The notes under the pieces: generated by a model
What the model saw: the letters and a program-made list of their open reading frames with translations, nothing else
Database searches by the model: none
Told to the model about the DNA's origin: nothing
Assembly (NCBI GenBank): GCA_965205265.1
Contig: CBDBGH010000003.1
Span: 2,080,001-2,144,000 of the forward strand
DNA from: Alphaproteobacteria bacterium
GTDB lineage: Bacteria > Pseudomonadota > Alphaproteobacteria > Bin95
Reading direction: 5' to 3'
DNA: 64,000 bases
Program-made: the position numbers and the translations under genes
Part shown: positions 30,479-41,059 of the stretch, piece by piece
Numbering within the stretch: position 1 is the stretch's first letter
Layout: each line of letters opens with the position of its first letter

Positions 30479-31672
30479 TCAGAACCCGCCGACATCCAGT
30501 GCCTCCGCCGTCCCCTCGCCGTAGCCCGGCACGACAGCGGAGGACTGCGCGACCTCGTCGAGCGCCCCCGCATTCGAGATTTCCAGCGTCTCGCAGGCGT
30601 GTCTCAGGAGAGGGATATCCAGCAGCAGGGTTCTGAGGATGCCCAGGAATAGCGTCAGCAGAATGGCCGGGATGAACAAGACGATTGCGGCTTCGGGCGA
30701 GGTGCCTGCGAAACCGAACCCTATCGACGCCATGGCGACCACTGAAAGCGCCAGGGCTGCGAATACGGCCAGAACGAAAATCAGGAGTCGCCAAAAAGCG
30801 TATTTCGGTCGAACGAGGGAGACAAACCCGGTGTCGCCAATGGCGAGGCAGCTGAGCATGTGCCGGAATTCGACCGCCCGATACCAGATCCAGGCAAGAA
30901 TCGCGACCGGGCAGAAAGCGAGGGGCCAGAAGGCCACGCGGAGCATGGCATGGCCGGCACTCCTGTTATTTCCCTGGTCCATGAAGAACTGGATGTTTCC
31001 GAACTGCTCCAGATTAAGCGCGACAAAGAGACCGATTCCCGCGATCAGCGGCGCAACAACCGCCAGCCACCGCCGGAACAACCAGCGGGAATTCGGCGCA
31101 AGGGCGAGACCGGCCGTGCCGAAATGCGCGTGGCGGGCGAAATAGCCCAGCGTCGCGACGCGCATCCACGGATAGGCGAGACCGAAGGTTGCAGCCGTCA
31201 GCAGGCCGTAGCCGAACGCGATGCGGGCATAGACGAATGACGAGCCGTGGAGCCCGAAGCGGACGCCGCGCCAGGCCGTGCGCGTCAGCCGGTAGCGCCG
31301 CATGCGGTGGATCGCGATCTGGACCAGGAAGAACAGCACCAGATAGTAGAGCGCTTCGAGCGCGAGCAGCGCATGGTCCGACCCGTCCGCGAACAGGAAT
31401 TGCAGTAGCGAGTAGGCGGCGAACACGGGGAGCAGCACGGCGACGGCGATCAGGAAACCGATGAACAGCTCCCCGCCGGTGCCGAGATATTCGAGCGAAT
31501 CGTCCAGCACAGCGGTGTGCCGCCACACGAACCGCCGGACATGCGTGCGCCCCCAGAAGCGGTAGATGCCGAGCGTCAGGATCGAGAGCAGCAGATTGCG
31601 CAGCATCAGCGCGCCGAGGGCGTCGCGCCGGCCGTCGAACCGCGCTTGCCCGCCCGCTATGCCGTTCGCCAT
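30479..31672 (-). CDS. YjgN/DUF898-family membrane protein
   Basis: NLLLSILTLGIYRFWGRT..RR, GTGGELFIGF, TAWRGVRF; typically paired with an M48 peptidase. Confidence 0.85.
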   Translation of the reverse strand: MANGIAGGQARFDGRRDALGALMLRNLLLSILTLGIYRFWGRTHVRRFVWRHTAVLDDSLEYLGTGGELFIGFLIAVAVLLPVFAAYSLLQFLFADGSDHALLALEALYYLVLFFLVQIAIHRMRRYRLTRTAWRGVRFGLHGSSFVYARIAFGYGLLTAATFGLAYPWMRVATLGYFARHAHFGTAGLALAPNSRWLFRRWLAVVAPLIAGIGLFVALNLEQFGNIQFFMDQGNNRSAGHAMLRVAFWPLAFCPVAILAWIWYRAVEFRHMLSCLAIGDTGFVSLVRPKYAFWRLLIFVLAVFAALALSVVAMASIGFGFAGTSPEAAIVLFIPAILLTLFLGILRTLLLDIPLLRHACETLEISNAGALDEVAQSSAVVPGYGEGTAEALDVGGF

Positions 31673-31768
31673 TCCTGCCTTCCCCGGCCTTCGAACCGCC
31701 CGAAAGAGGCTATAGCATGCGCCGTTGCGGCTCCGTAAGCTTGGCGGCGATTGGAGGACGGCTTCCCG

Positions 31769-32392
31769 ATGAGTGCGGTCGCAACCGGCGGCAGGAGCTT
31801 CTACGGCGCCCGGCTCGGGCTGCTGGTGCGGCGGACGTGCTTTCCCCGCCTTCCCGGCGACCCGGCCAATGCCCGCAGTTTTCCCTTCAGCGTGCGCTAC
31901 GCCGTGCTGGAAGAGGCCGACCGGACGACGGCGCTCGAAGCCGCCGAACGCCTGCTGGACGAGGGTGCGGAAGGCATTGGCCTTGCCTTCAATGCGGAGT
32001 TCGACCTTGCGGACGCGCTCGCTGCGCCCTTTGCCGGCGGGCTCGCGGCGCAGCGCAGCCTCGTCGAAGCCATGCTCCCGCCGGATGCCGAGGCCGGCGT
32101 GCTGGCCTTCTCCGAAGGCAATGACAGGATCGCGGCGCCCGGCTACCTCGCCGACGCCGTGGCAGCCGACGAGGACAGGCTCGATATGGAGCGCGCGCGG
32201 GACAGCCTGCTGGATGCCGCCATGCAGGCCGCCTCCGACCGTCCTGCCATCGCCGCCTGGCTGCTGGACGAGCCGGAGATGGGCCCCTTCGCATCCGATA
32301 TCCACGCCGCGACCGGCCGGCCCGTCTATGACCGGACGCGTTTCCTCGCCTGGTTCCACGCCAGCCTTGCGCCCAGGGTGTTTCCGCGATGA
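31769..32392 (+). CDS. Asp/Glu/hydantoin racemase-like protein lacking the catalytic Cys residues
   Basis: GARLGLL...FPRLPGDPANARSFPFSVRY aligns with the downstream paralog. Confidence 0.7.
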   Translation: MSAVATGGRSFYGARLGLLVRRTCFPRLPGDPANARSFPFSVRYAVLEEADRTTALEAAERLLDEGAEGIGLAFNAEFDLADALAAPFAGGLAAQRSLVEAMLPPDAEAGVLAFSEGNDRIAAPGYLADAVAADEDRLDMERARDSLLDAAMQAASDRPAIAAWLLDEPEMGPFASDIHAATGRPVYDRTRFLAWFHASLAPRVFPR

Positions 32393-33099
32393 CGGTCGCG
32401 CTCGGAGGCGCGCCCATAGGCGGGGCGGCGCTCGGCATCCTCATGCTGGACGCCCGCTTTCCGCGCGTGCCGGGCGACATGGGCAATGGCGACACCTGGC
32501 CTTTCCCGGTGCTCTACGAGATCGTGCGCGGCGCCACGCCGGAGCGGGTGGTGCGCCGCCGGGCCGAAGGGCTGGACGGCGACTTTCTGGACGCCGCCCG
32601 GCGGCTGGTGGACCGCGGCGCCAGGGCCGTCACCACCGTTTGCGGGTTCCTGTCGCTCTTCCAGCCGGAGCTCGCCGCCCATGCCGGCGTGCCGGTCGCC
32701 TCATCGACCCTGATGCAGGTGGCGGCGCTGGACCGCATGCTGCCGCCCGGAAAGCGGACGGGCGTCATCACGGTCAGCCGCGAGAGCCTGTGGGACGACC
32801 ATTTCACCGCTGTCGGCGCGCCTGCCGACACGCCGGTCGAAGGCACGGAGGGCGGGCTCGAGCTCACCCGCGTGCTGATCGGCAACGAGGCCTGGCTGGA
32901 CATGGCGGCAGCCGAAGCCGATGTCACCGCCGCCGCCCGCCGCCTCACGGCGCGCTGCCCGGAGGTCGGCGCCATCGTGCTCGAATGCGCCAACATGGCC
33001 CCCTACGCCGCCGCCGTCCGCCGCGAAACCGGCCTGCCGGTCCACGACATCTACAGCTTCATAACCTGGGTGCATTCCGGCTTCGCCGACACACCCTGA
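32389..33099 (+). CDS. Asp/Glu/hydantoin racemase family protein
   Basis: LGILML..RFPRVPGDMGN, TTVCGFL, LECANM. Confidence 0.85.
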   Translation: MTVALGGAPIGGAALGILMLDARFPRVPGDMGNGDTWPFPVLYEIVRGATPERVVRRRAEGLDGDFLDAARRLVDRGARAVTTVCGFLSLFQPELAAHAGVPVASSTLMQVAALDRMLPPGKRTGVITVSRESLWDDHFTAVGAPADTPVEGTEGGLELTRVLIGNEAWLDMAAAEADVTAAARRLTARCPEVGAIVLECANMAPYAAAVRRETGLPVHDIYSFITWVHSGFADTP

Positions 33100-33112
33100 C
33101 GGCCAGCGGCTC

Positions 33113-34177
33113 CTATCCCCCGGAAATGCCCGCCACCACCCTGTCGGCGAAGGCGCGGGTGCCGAGCGGGCCGCCGAGGTCGGGCGTGCGCGTTTCGGGC
33201 GAGGCGAGCAGCGTCTCGACGGCGCGCTCCAGCACCTGCGAGGCTTCCATGAGCGTGTTGTTCTGCTCGCGCGCGCCCTTCCATGCCAGCAATTGGGCCG
33301 TCGAGAAGAGCAGCGCGCTCGGGTTGGCCTCGTCCCTGCCGGCGATGTCCGGCGCGCTGCCATGCGCAGCCTGCGCCACCGCCACCCGGTCGCCCGCATT
33401 GATCGAGCCGCCGAGGCCGAGCCCGCCCGATAGCTCCGCGGCGAGATTGGAAAGGATGTCGCCGAACATGTTGGTGCAGAGCAGCACGTCGAAGCGTTCC
33501 GGCTCCCGCACCAGCAGCGCGGCGGCCGCATCGACATGCACGTCGTCCGTCTCGACATCGGGCCATTCGGCGGCAATCTCGTAGGCGGTGCGCTCGAAGA
33601 GGCCGTCCGTGTGTTTCAGCACATTCGACTTGTGGACGATCGTGACCTTGCGCCGCCGGTCGCGCGCCGCGGCGAAGGCGGCGCGCGCGATGCGCTCCGA
33701 GCCCTTGCGGGTGATCTTGCGGACGGCGAGCCCGACATCCTCTGTCGCCATGAACTCGCCGGTGCCTGCGAACATGTTGCGGTCGGCGTAGAAGCCTTCC
33801 GTGTTCTCCCGCGCGACCAGCAGGTCCATGCCGGGCGCAAGCGCCGGCACGCCCTCGAGCGCCCGGCTCGGGCGCATGTTCGCGTAGAGCTCCAGCCGCG
33901 TGCGGACGGCGGCGCTCGGATTGACGCCGCCCTCCTCCGGCGGCGGATAGACGGCTGTATCGACCGGGCCGAGGATCGCGAGGTCGGCCGCGCGCACCGC
34001 CGCCTCTGCGGCATCCGGCCACGTCGTCCCGTCCCGCTCCAGCGCGGCGAGGCCGACGCGGCCTTCCGAAAGCTGCAATCCCAGCGCGAAGCGGGCGTCC
34101 AGCGCTTCCAGCGCGCGCCTCGCCGCCGCCGCGATCTCGGGACCGATGCCGTCGCCCGGAAGGATCAGAACCTGCAT
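33113..34177 (-). CDS. Isocitrate/isopropylmalate dehydrogenase family protein
   Basis: LPGDGIGPE, RENTEG, HKSNV, NMFGDILS, HGSAPDIAG. Confidence 0.92.
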   Translation of the reverse strand: MQVLILPGDGIGPEIAAAARRALEALDARFALGLQLSEGRVGLAALERDGTTWPDAAEAAVRAADLAILGPVDTAVYPPPEEGGVNPSAAVRTRLELYANMRPSRALEGVPALAPGMDLLVARENTEGFYADRNMFAGTGEFMATEDVGLAVRKITRKGSERIARAAFAAARDRRRKVTIVHKSNVLKHTDGLFERTAYEIAAEWPDVETDDVHVDAAAALLVREPERFDVLLCTNMFGDILSNLAAELSGGLGLGGSINAGDRVAVAQAAHGSAPDIAGRDEANPSALLFSTAQLLAWKGAREQNNTLMEASQVLERAVETLLASPETRTPDLGGPLGTRAFADRVVAGISGG

Positions 34178-34265
34178 GGGAGCTTTGCCTCCTGCGCCAT
34201 TTGATTTCCCTGGCCGCCCGCCTATGTTCGCGCCCCCGTTCAGGCAAGAGAGGAGTTCCCTGCCA

Positions 34266-35564
34266 GTGTCAAGCAACCGCAGCCCGCGTCCGGAGACCAT
34301 CGTGCTCCATGCGGGCCACCGGGGCGACCCCAATACCGGTTCGGTCGCCGTCCCGATCCACCAGACCACGTCCTACCAGTTCCGGGATACCGAGCATGCC
34401 GCGAACCTGTTCGCGCTCTCCGAACTCGGCAACATCTACACCCGGATCATGAATCCGACCCAGGCCGTGTTCGAGGATCGAATGATGGCGCTGGAAGGCG
34501 GGGTTGCGGCGCTGGCGCTGGCCTCGGGCCAGGCGGCGACGGCGTTCTCGCTCCAGAACGTCGCCCATGCCGGCGACAATGTGGTGAGCTCGACCGACCT
34601 TTACGGCGGCACCTGGAACCTGTTCGCCAACACGCTGAAGGACCAGGGCATCGAGGTGCGGTTCGTCGATCCGGCGGACCCGGAGAACTTCCGCCGCGCC
34701 ATCGACGACCGGACGCGCGCCTTCTACGCCGAGACGCTGCCGAACCCGAAGCTGCATGTCTTCCCGATCAAGGAAGTTGCCGATATCGGGCGCGAATACG
34801 GCATCCCGCTCATCATGGACAACACGGCCGCGCCGCTGATCTGCCGGCCCTTCGACCACGGGGCGGCGGTCGTCATGTATTCGACGACGAAATATATCGG
34901 CGGGCACGGCACCTCCATCGGCGGACTCCTGATCGACGGCGGCAATTTCGACTGGGAGGCCTTCCCCGAACGCCAGCCCTATCTGAACCGGCCGGACCCG
35001 AGCTATCACGGCGCGGTCTGGACCGAGGCGGTCAAGCCGCTCGGCCCCATCGCCTACATCATCAAGGCCCGGACGACGCTGTTGCGCGACCTCGGCGCGG
35101 CGACCACGCCGATGAACGCCTTCCTGTTCCTGCAGGGACTGGAGACCTTGCCGCTGCGCATGGAGCGCCATAACGCCAATGCCGCGGCCGTCGCCGACTT
35201 CCTGAACGGCCACCCGAAGGTCGCAAAGACGATCTATCCGGGCCTGATGGACGGCGAGGAGCGGCGCCGCGCCGACGCCTATCTGGAGGGCGGCTACGGC
35301 GCGCTGGTGGGCTTCGAGCTCGAAGGCGGCCGCGAGGCCGGGCGGAACTTCATCGACGCGCTGGAGCTGTTCTTCCATGTCGCCAATATCGGCGATGCGC
35401 GCAGCCTCGCCATCCACCCGGCGACCACCACCCACTCGCAGCTCTCGGAGGAGGAGCAGGCGGCCACCGGCGTCACGCCCGGCTATGTGCGCCTCTCCAT
35501 CGGCCTGGAGCATATCGACGACATCCTCGCCGACCTCGACCGGGCGCTTGCCGCCGCGGGCTGA
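34266..35564 (+). CDS. metY: O-acetylhomoserine sulfhydrylase
   Basis: GNIYTRIMNPT, STTKYIGGHG (PLP lysine), HVANIGDARSL.IHPATTTH; GTG start after AGGAG. Confidence 0.9.
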   Translation: MSSNRSPRPETIVLHAGHRGDPNTGSVAVPIHQTTSYQFRDTEHAANLFALSELGNIYTRIMNPTQAVFEDRMMALEGGVAALALASGQAATAFSLQNVAHAGDNVVSSTDLYGGTWNLFANTLKDQGIEVRFVDPADPENFRRAIDDRTRAFYAETLPNPKLHVFPIKEVADIGREYGIPLIMDNTAAPLICRPFDHGAAVVMYSTTKYIGGHGTSIGGLLIDGGNFDWEAFPERQPYLNRPDPSYHGAVWTEAVKPLGPIAYIIKARTTLLRDLGAATTPMNAFLFLQGLETLPLRMERHNANAAAVADFLNGHPKVAKTIYPGLMDGEERRRADAYLEGGYGALVGFELEGGREAGRNFIDALELFFHVANIGDARSLAIHPATTTHSQLSEEEQAATGVTPGYVRLSIGLEHIDDILADLDRALAAAG

Positions 35565-35615
35565 GACAGCCGCAATATCGGGGCCGCACCCGACAAGGGC
35601 GCGGCCCCTGTTGCG

Positions 35616-36443
35616 TCAAAACCCGTACATCTCGCCCGCCTTGGTGCGGGCACCGGAGTGTTCCATCAGGAAGGCGCGGAGCGCGGTGTTGAAACCGAGC
35701 GAGTCCTCGATATTGGAGAGGTGGCGCGCACGCGGCAGCACCAGCAGGTCCGCCGAGGGGATTTTGGCCGCGATCACCTCATGCGCGGAAACCGGCGTGC
35801 CGGGGTCGTTCTCGCCCACGATGGCGAGCGTCGGCACATGGATTTCGTGCAGCCGGTCGGTCAGGTCCAGCTGCGAGATGGCCGCCGCGCAGCCCTTGTA
35901 GCCGGCGAGCGGCGTCGCGCGGATCATGGCGCGCACCGCGTCCACCTCCTGCCCGTGATGCTCGCAGAATTCCGGCGAGAACCAGCGGTCGATGGTGGCC
36001 TCGACCATGGAGTCCATGCCGTTCTCCTCGGCCGCTGCAATGCGCTCCCGCCATTGCTGGCGGGCCTCGGCGTCGTAGCGGCTGGAGGTGTCGCAGAGGA
36101 TGAGCCCGCGCAGCAGGTCCGGGCGCTTGAGGGCCAGCGTCTGCGCGGTCATGCCGCCCATCGACAGCCCGCAGAACACCGTCTTCCCGATGCCCAGCTC
36201 TTCCAGCAGCGCGATGGCGTCGTCGGCCAGCATCTCCAGCGTGTAGGGCCCTTCCGGGGCCGCCGAGGCGCCGTGGCCGCGCGTGTCGTAGCGCAGCACG
36301 CAATAGTCCCGGAGCGCCGGCATCTGCGCGTCCCACATGCGGTGGTTCGCCATCAGCGAGTGCGACAGCGTCACCACCGGGCGGGTTTGCGGGCCCTCGA
36401 GGGAATAGAAGATTTCGGTGCCGTTGATATGGGCGGTCGGCAT
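35616..36443 (-). CDS. Alpha/beta hydrolase, 3-oxoadipate enol-lactonase-like
   Basis: RYDTRGHG, GLSMGG nucleophile elbow, ARHLSNIE. Confidence 0.88.
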   Translation of the reverse strand: MPTAHINGTEIFYSLEGPQTRPVVTLSHSLMANHRMWDAQMPALRDYCVLRYDTRGHGASAAPEGPYTLEMLADDAIALLEELGIGKTVFCGLSMGGMTAQTLALKRPDLLRGLILCDTSSRYDAEARQQWRERIAAAEENGMDSMVEATIDRWFSPEFCEHHGQEVDAVRAMIRATPLAGYKGCAAAISQLDLTDRLHEIHVPTLAIVGENDPGTPVSAHEVIAAKIPSADLLVLPRARHLSNIEDSLGFNTALRAFLMEHSGARTKAGEMYGF

Positions 36444-36482
36444 GGTGCGCGTTCTCCTCCACGCGGAAACGGGGCGGCCGCC

Positions 36483-36857
36483 TCAGCGGCCTCCGGGAGC
36501 GGGGCCGGCCTGGTGGAGCGCCATCCGCCAGGCGCCGTCCTCCAGCACGAACCCGTTGGTTGCGACCAGCACGCCGCCGGACAGCCGCTCCACGCAGCTT
36601 ACCAGAGCGAAACCGTCATAGCACAGCGCGTTGGGCGACAGGCACACGATGGCCGGCCGCGTCGGCGCGCCCAGGATCGCGTCCCAGCTGGCGAGCACGG
36701 CTTCGCGCCCGACGATCGCCGCGCCGCCCGGATGGACGCAGACGACAGGCGCACGCCGGGCCCAGAGCCGGCGCATCGCCTCCCGGTCGCCGTCGTCGAA
36801 GGCGCGGTAGAAGGCCTCGTTCGCGGCAAGCACCTCGTCTTCGTGCATGGCCGTCAT
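36483..36857 (-). CDS. SnoaL/NTF2-like protein
   Basis: VLAANEAFYRAF...CVHPG...ATNGF..EDGAWRMALHQA; ATGA overlap with the MFS gene. Confidence 0.85.
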   Translation of the reverse strand: MTAMHEDEVLAANEAFYRAFDDGDREAMRRLWARRAPVVCVHPGGAAIVGREAVLASWDAILGAPTRPAIVCLSPNALCYDGFALVSCVERLSGGVLVATNGFVLEDGAWRMALHQAGPAPGGR

Positions 36858-38089
36858 GTCCTTCCCGGTCCGGGACGAATCGCCCGGTCGCCTGCAAGGT
36901 CCGCTGGCTTCAGGAACAGCAGGGCCAGCGGCCCGAGCGCCATCACCAGCGCTATATGCGCGAAACCGATGCCCCAGGCCAGCACGCTCTCGCCGCCCAT
37001 GAGGTCGAGGATGCCGCCCAGCACCACCGCCCCGACGAAGCCCATCCCGTAGCCGGAGAGCGCGTGGACGGCGAGGGTGGCGCCGCGCCGTTCGGGCTCC
37101 GAGGCGCCGACCGTGCCGGCGGTCAGCGCTGACGAATCCGCGTAGATCGCCATGTTGTAGAGGATGCAGAGCACCGCCGCCGCCCAGTAGCCCCAGGCCG
37201 AGATAAAGCCCGTGGCGCAGGCGAGCGCCATGCACACGCTCATGGTAAGCAACACCCAGCGCTGGCGCCCGATGCGGATCGCGAACTCGTTGCCGGCGAG
37301 GCTGCTTGCGGTACCGAGAAGCTCCATCAGCATGGCGACCACGGTGGGCGCAAGCCAGTATTCCGGCCCGAGGCCGGAGCGCATCGCCGCGAACGTCAGG
37401 AAGGCGACCGCCCAGGAGCGCACCGCGAACATCTCCCAGGTATGCACGCCGTAGCAGGCGATATAGGCCATGGCGGAGCGGTTGCGGAACACATGCCCGA
37501 AATCGGCGAGCGGATTGGTGCCGGAGGGCGTCGGCTCGCGGCGCGGGAAGAGCAGCAGCGCGACCAGGAACGCGCCTCCCGTGCCGGCGGCGCTGACCAG
37601 GAAGGCCGCCTCCCAGCCGAGCCACCGGTCGATCTCGCCCGCAAGGAAGAAGGAGAGCGAGCCGCCCGTGCCCATCGCGGCCGCGTGGAAGGCCACGCCG
37701 CGCGAGCGTATCCGCCCCTCCAGCTCGTCGCTCAGCACCCGGAGCCCGACCATGTAGGTCCCGGCCCAGCCGAATCCGGCGATCGCGCGGAAGATCATGC
37801 CCGTTGCGAAATCGTGGGCCACATAGGCCATACCCAGATGGCTGACCGTGCTGGCGAAGACGCCGATCATGTAGATGCGGCGAGCCTGGAACCGGTCCGT
37901 CGCGGTCACCAGCACCAGCACCGAAAGCGCATAGACGCCGAAGATGATGCCGGACAGCAGGCCCCCCTGGGTGTTGGTCAGCCCCCACTCGTCCCTGAGC
38001 ACCGGAAGCAGGCCGTTGAACGTGGTGGAGCCCATCTGCCCGATGAACTGGGCGAAGCAGACGGTGACGATGAGGGCGGTCGCATTCAT
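36854..38089 (-). CDS. MFS transporter
   Basis: About 12 hydrophobic segments; TDRFQARR loop motif. Confidence 0.88.
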   Translation of the reverse strand: MNATALIVTVCFAQFIGQMGSTTFNGLLPVLRDEWGLTNTQGGLLSGIIFGVYALSVLVLVTATDRFQARRIYMIGVFASTVSHLGMAYVAHDFATGMIFRAIAGFGWAGTYMVGLRVLSDELEGRIRSRGVAFHAAAMGTGGSLSFFLAGEIDRWLGWEAAFLVSAAGTGGAFLVALLLFPRREPTPSGTNPLADFGHVFRNRSAMAYIACYGVHTWEMFAVRSWAVAFLTFAAMRSGLGPEYWLAPTVVAMLMELLGTASSLAGNEFAIRIGRQRWVLLTMSVCMALACATGFISAWGYWAAAVLCILYNMAIYADSSALTAGTVGASEPERRGATLAVHALSGYGMGFVGAVVLGGILDLMGGESVLAWGIGFAHIALVMALGPLALLFLKPADLAGDRAIRPGPGRT

Positions 38090-38138
38090 CGGCGCAGAAC
38101 GCCGGGCGCTGACCGTATTGCAGCCTTCCGCAGAGCGC

Positions 38139-39749
38139 TCACGCGAGGCCCGCCTTCTCGCGCTCCCGCTGGCGCAGGTCGCGGCGGCGGATCTTGCCGG
38201 TGGCGGTCATCGGCAGCTCGCGCACGAACTCCACCGCCCGGGGATATTCATGCGCGGACAGCCGCTCGCGGACATGGGCGCGGAGCGCGGCCTCCAGCGC
38301 CTCCGTCGGCGCCTCGCCCTCGCGCAGCACCACGAACGCCTTCACGATATCGCCGCGCACCGGGTCGGGCGCGCCGACCGCCGCGGCCATGGCGACCGCC
38401 GGATGGCCCATCAGGCATTCCTCGATCTCGCCGGGGCCGATGCGGTAGCCGGCCGAGGAGATCACGTCGTCCTCGCGCCCGACGAAGCGGAAGGCGCCGT
38501 CCCCGTCCTGCACGCCGAGGTCGCCGGTCAGCAGCCACTCGCCGTTGAACTTAGCGGCCGTCGCCTCGTCGTCGCGCCAGTAGCCGAGGAACATGACCGG
38601 GTCCGGGCGGCGGACGGCGATCTCGCCCGGTTCTCCCGGAGGCAACATCTCACCGGCGCCGTCCAGCACCGCGACCTCATGGCCCGGTATCGCCCGCCCG
38701 AGCCAGCCCGGCCGGACCGGGAACAGGCTCGCGCAATTGCCCACCACGAGATTGCATTCCGTCTGCCCGTAAAATTCGTTGATGGTGAGGCCGAACACCT
38801 CGCGGCCCCAGCCGAGCAGCTCTTCGCCAAGGCTCTCGCCGCCGCTGCCGATGCTGCGCATGGCAAGCCCGGGCGTGCGCTGCGCGGCCTCCGACGCCTG
38901 GCGCATCATCTTGAGCGCCGTCGGCGGCAGGAAGGCGTTGCGCACGCCGTGGCGCGCGATGAGCGCGAACGCCTCCTCCGGGTCGAACTTGCCGGCGCGG
39001 GACGCCAGCACCGGCACGCCCGCCGCCCAGGCCGGCAGCAGCACGTCCAGCAGGCCGCCGGCCCAGGCCCAGTCGGCCGGCGTCCAGAACAGGTCCCCCG
39101 GCTGCGGGAAAAAATCCTGCGGCAAGGCCACGCCCGGCAGGTGTCCCGGCAGGACCCGGTGGCCGTGCAGCGCGCCCTTGGGCGGTCCCGTGGTGCCGGA
39201 AGTGTAGATCAGCAGCGCCGGGTCGTCGGGCCCGGTATCGACCGCCTCGAAACGGTCCGAGGCCCGCTCCAGCACCTCCCAGAAATCCTCTGCAATCACC
39301 GTCGAGAGCGCCGGCAGGTCGAGCGCGGCAACCTTCCCGCGGCCTTCTGCGTCGGTGATGAGCGCCTTCGCGCCGGAATGGCCGAGCCGGTAGGCCAGCG
39401 CCTCCTCGCCGAACAGTGTGAAGAGCGGCAGCGCGACCGCGCCGAGCTTGTAAGCGGCCAGATGGGCAAGCCCGGTCTCGACGCCCTGCCCCAGCAGCAC
39501 CGCCACCCGGTCGCCCCGCCCGACGCCTGCGGCGGCGAGCGCATTGGCAAGCCGGTTGGAGAGGCGGGAGAGCTCCCGGAACGACCAGAGGCGGGGCTCG
39601 CCGCCTGCCGGGTCCGGGCAGATCATCGCCGGGCGGCGGCTGCCGACATGCCGTTCGCAGGCATGTTCGGCGATGTTGTAGCGGGCCGGCACCTGCCAGC
39701 GGAACGCTGCCCGGACCGCCTCCCAGCTCTCGCGGCGCTCGACGATCAT
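38139..39749 (-). CDS. Acyl-CoA synthetase (AMP-binding)
   Basis: YTSGTTGPPKG, FYGQTE, TGD, PMTATGKI. Confidence 0.93.
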   Translation of the reverse strand: MIVERRESWEAVRAAFRWQVPARYNIAEHACERHVGSRRPAMICPDPAGGEPRLWSFRELSRLSNRLANALAAAGVGRGDRVAVLLGQGVETGLAHLAAYKLGAVALPLFTLFGEEALAYRLGHSGAKALITDAEGRGKVAALDLPALSTVIAEDFWEVLERASDRFEAVDTGPDDPALLIYTSGTTGPPKGALHGHRVLPGHLPGVALPQDFFPQPGDLFWTPADWAWAGGLLDVLLPAWAAGVPVLASRAGKFDPEEAFALIARHGVRNAFLPPTALKMMRQASEAAQRTPGLAMRSIGSGGESLGEELLGWGREVFGLTINEFYGQTECNLVVGNCASLFPVRPGWLGRAIPGHEVAVLDGAGEMLPPGEPGEIAVRRPDPVMFLGYWRDDEATAAKFNGEWLLTGDLGVQDGDGAFRFVGREDDVISSAGYRIGPGEIEECLMGHPAVAMAAAVGAPDPVRGDIVKAFVVLREGEAPTEALEAALRAHVRERLSAHEYPRAVEFVRELPMTATGKIRRRDLRQREREKAGLA

Positions 39750-40543
39750 GACCGCGCGGGCTCCAGGTCGAAACGCAGGATTTCGCCCTCGAACTCCGGC
39801 CCGGCCGCCGGGAAGCGCCGCACGAGCTCCGGGTCGTGGCCGGGGATCAGGTGGTCGCGGGAGAGCATGCGCGCGCCGAGCGTCCGGTAGCCCTCGAACA
39901 TCTCGCGCAGGTCGTAGAAGACGCGGAAGGGCCGCGCCCGCTCCATCTCCTCATAGAGATGCACGGCGTCCGAGGCGACGATCACCGGCCCGCGCCGCGT
40001 TTTCACCTCCAGCGCGATCTGGCCGCGCGAATGGCCGCCGACCAGGATCTGCGAGAGGCCGGGCGCAAGCGCGCCGCCGCCGTCATGGAACCGCACGCGC
40101 CCGTCATAGTTCAGCCCGACGAGGGTCAGCGTGTTGCGCTTGCCGTACATCTTGAGCGCCGGATGGGTCACGTCCCGGCCGGTGACGGTCAGCATCTCGC
40201 GGTCCTGGATATGGAACATGGCCTGCGGGAAGGCTTCGAGGTTGCCGACATGGTCGTAATGGCAATGGGTGACGATGACATCGGACACGGTGGCCGGGTC
40301 GATGCCGAGCCGGCGCAGGCCGTCGGCCGGGTCGTAGAGCGTGTCGTGGCCGAGCCGGTCGCCGACGCGCACCGCATAGCCGCAATCGACCACCCAGACC
40401 CGCCCGCCGCCGCGTATGACCCAGAAATAGAAGTCGAGGCCGGGCGCCTGCACCGCCGGGTCGCCGTCCAGATACATCTCGCTTTCCGGGCGGAAGTCCT
40501 CGCGCCCGTAGCGCAGGCCGTAAATCTCGTAGTCCGGAATCAT
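39746..40543 (-). CDS. Metallo-beta-lactamase fold protein, N-acyl homoserine lactonase family
   Basis: THCHYDHVG, GGHSRG, ASDAVH, PGHD. Confidence 0.88.
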   Translation of the reverse strand: MIPDYEIYGLRYGREDFRPESEMYLDGDPAVQAPGLDFYFWVIRGGGRVWVVDCGYAVRVGDRLGHDTLYDPADGLRRLGIDPATVSDVIVTHCHYDHVGNLEAFPQAMFHIQDREMLTVTGRDVTHPALKMYGKRNTLTLVGLNYDGRVRFHDGGGALAPGLSQILVGGHSRGQIALEVKTRRGPVIVASDAVHLYEEMERARPFRVFYDLREMFEGYRTLGARMLSRDHLIPGHDPELVRRFPAAGPEFEGEILRFDLEPARS

Positions 40544-40552
40544 GCGAGCCCC

Positions 40553-40618
40553 TCCCTCCCGCCAGCATAGCGCGCCCCGGGCACGAGGCGTATAAGCCGC
40601 CGGCGCGAAAGGAGGGGG
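40553..40618. repeat. Promoter-containing repeat R1
   Basis: 59/66 identical to R2 (43474-43539); 36-bp core 40566-40601 is 32/36 identical to R3. Confidence 0.85.
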
Positions 40619-40966
40619 ACGCGCTATGGTTAGGATCGTCTGCTGGAATATCGCCAAAAGGAAGAAGCCTTGGACGTGTTTGAAGGAGATGGCGGAGCAG
40701 GAAGAGGCAGATGTCGCGCTCTTGCAGGAGGCGGGAAAACCGCCCGGCGAGCTCTCGCAGTTCTTCCGCTATGAGAACGATATTTTCTGGGACCGGTCCC
40801 TCCGCGACCCTCGGTCCCTGGTGGTGCCGCTGTCGGACCGGGTAGAGGTCGAATTGTTCCGGCAGGTGCCGCCGAGCATCGGAAAAGCCAAGGCGGACGA
40901 AATCGGCGTCAGCGGCGTCGGAACGATAAGCGCCGCCAGAGTGATCCCGCGCGACCGGCCGGAAGA

Positions 40967-41059
40967 AGTGTTCATCGCCATATCCATGTATGCGAGCTGG
41001 ATGTCCGTTAGTCCTCTCGCAACACAGGGGAGCATCGCATCGGATGTCTCGGCGCACCG
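40967..41059. repeat. 93-bp direct repeat, left of IS1634 copy 2
   Basis: Identical to 42976-43068. Confidence 0.95.

Noticed and set aside
34178-34265. SAM-II or SAM-SAH riboswitch upstream of metY
   Set aside because: No recognisable consensus in the short divergent intergenic region.
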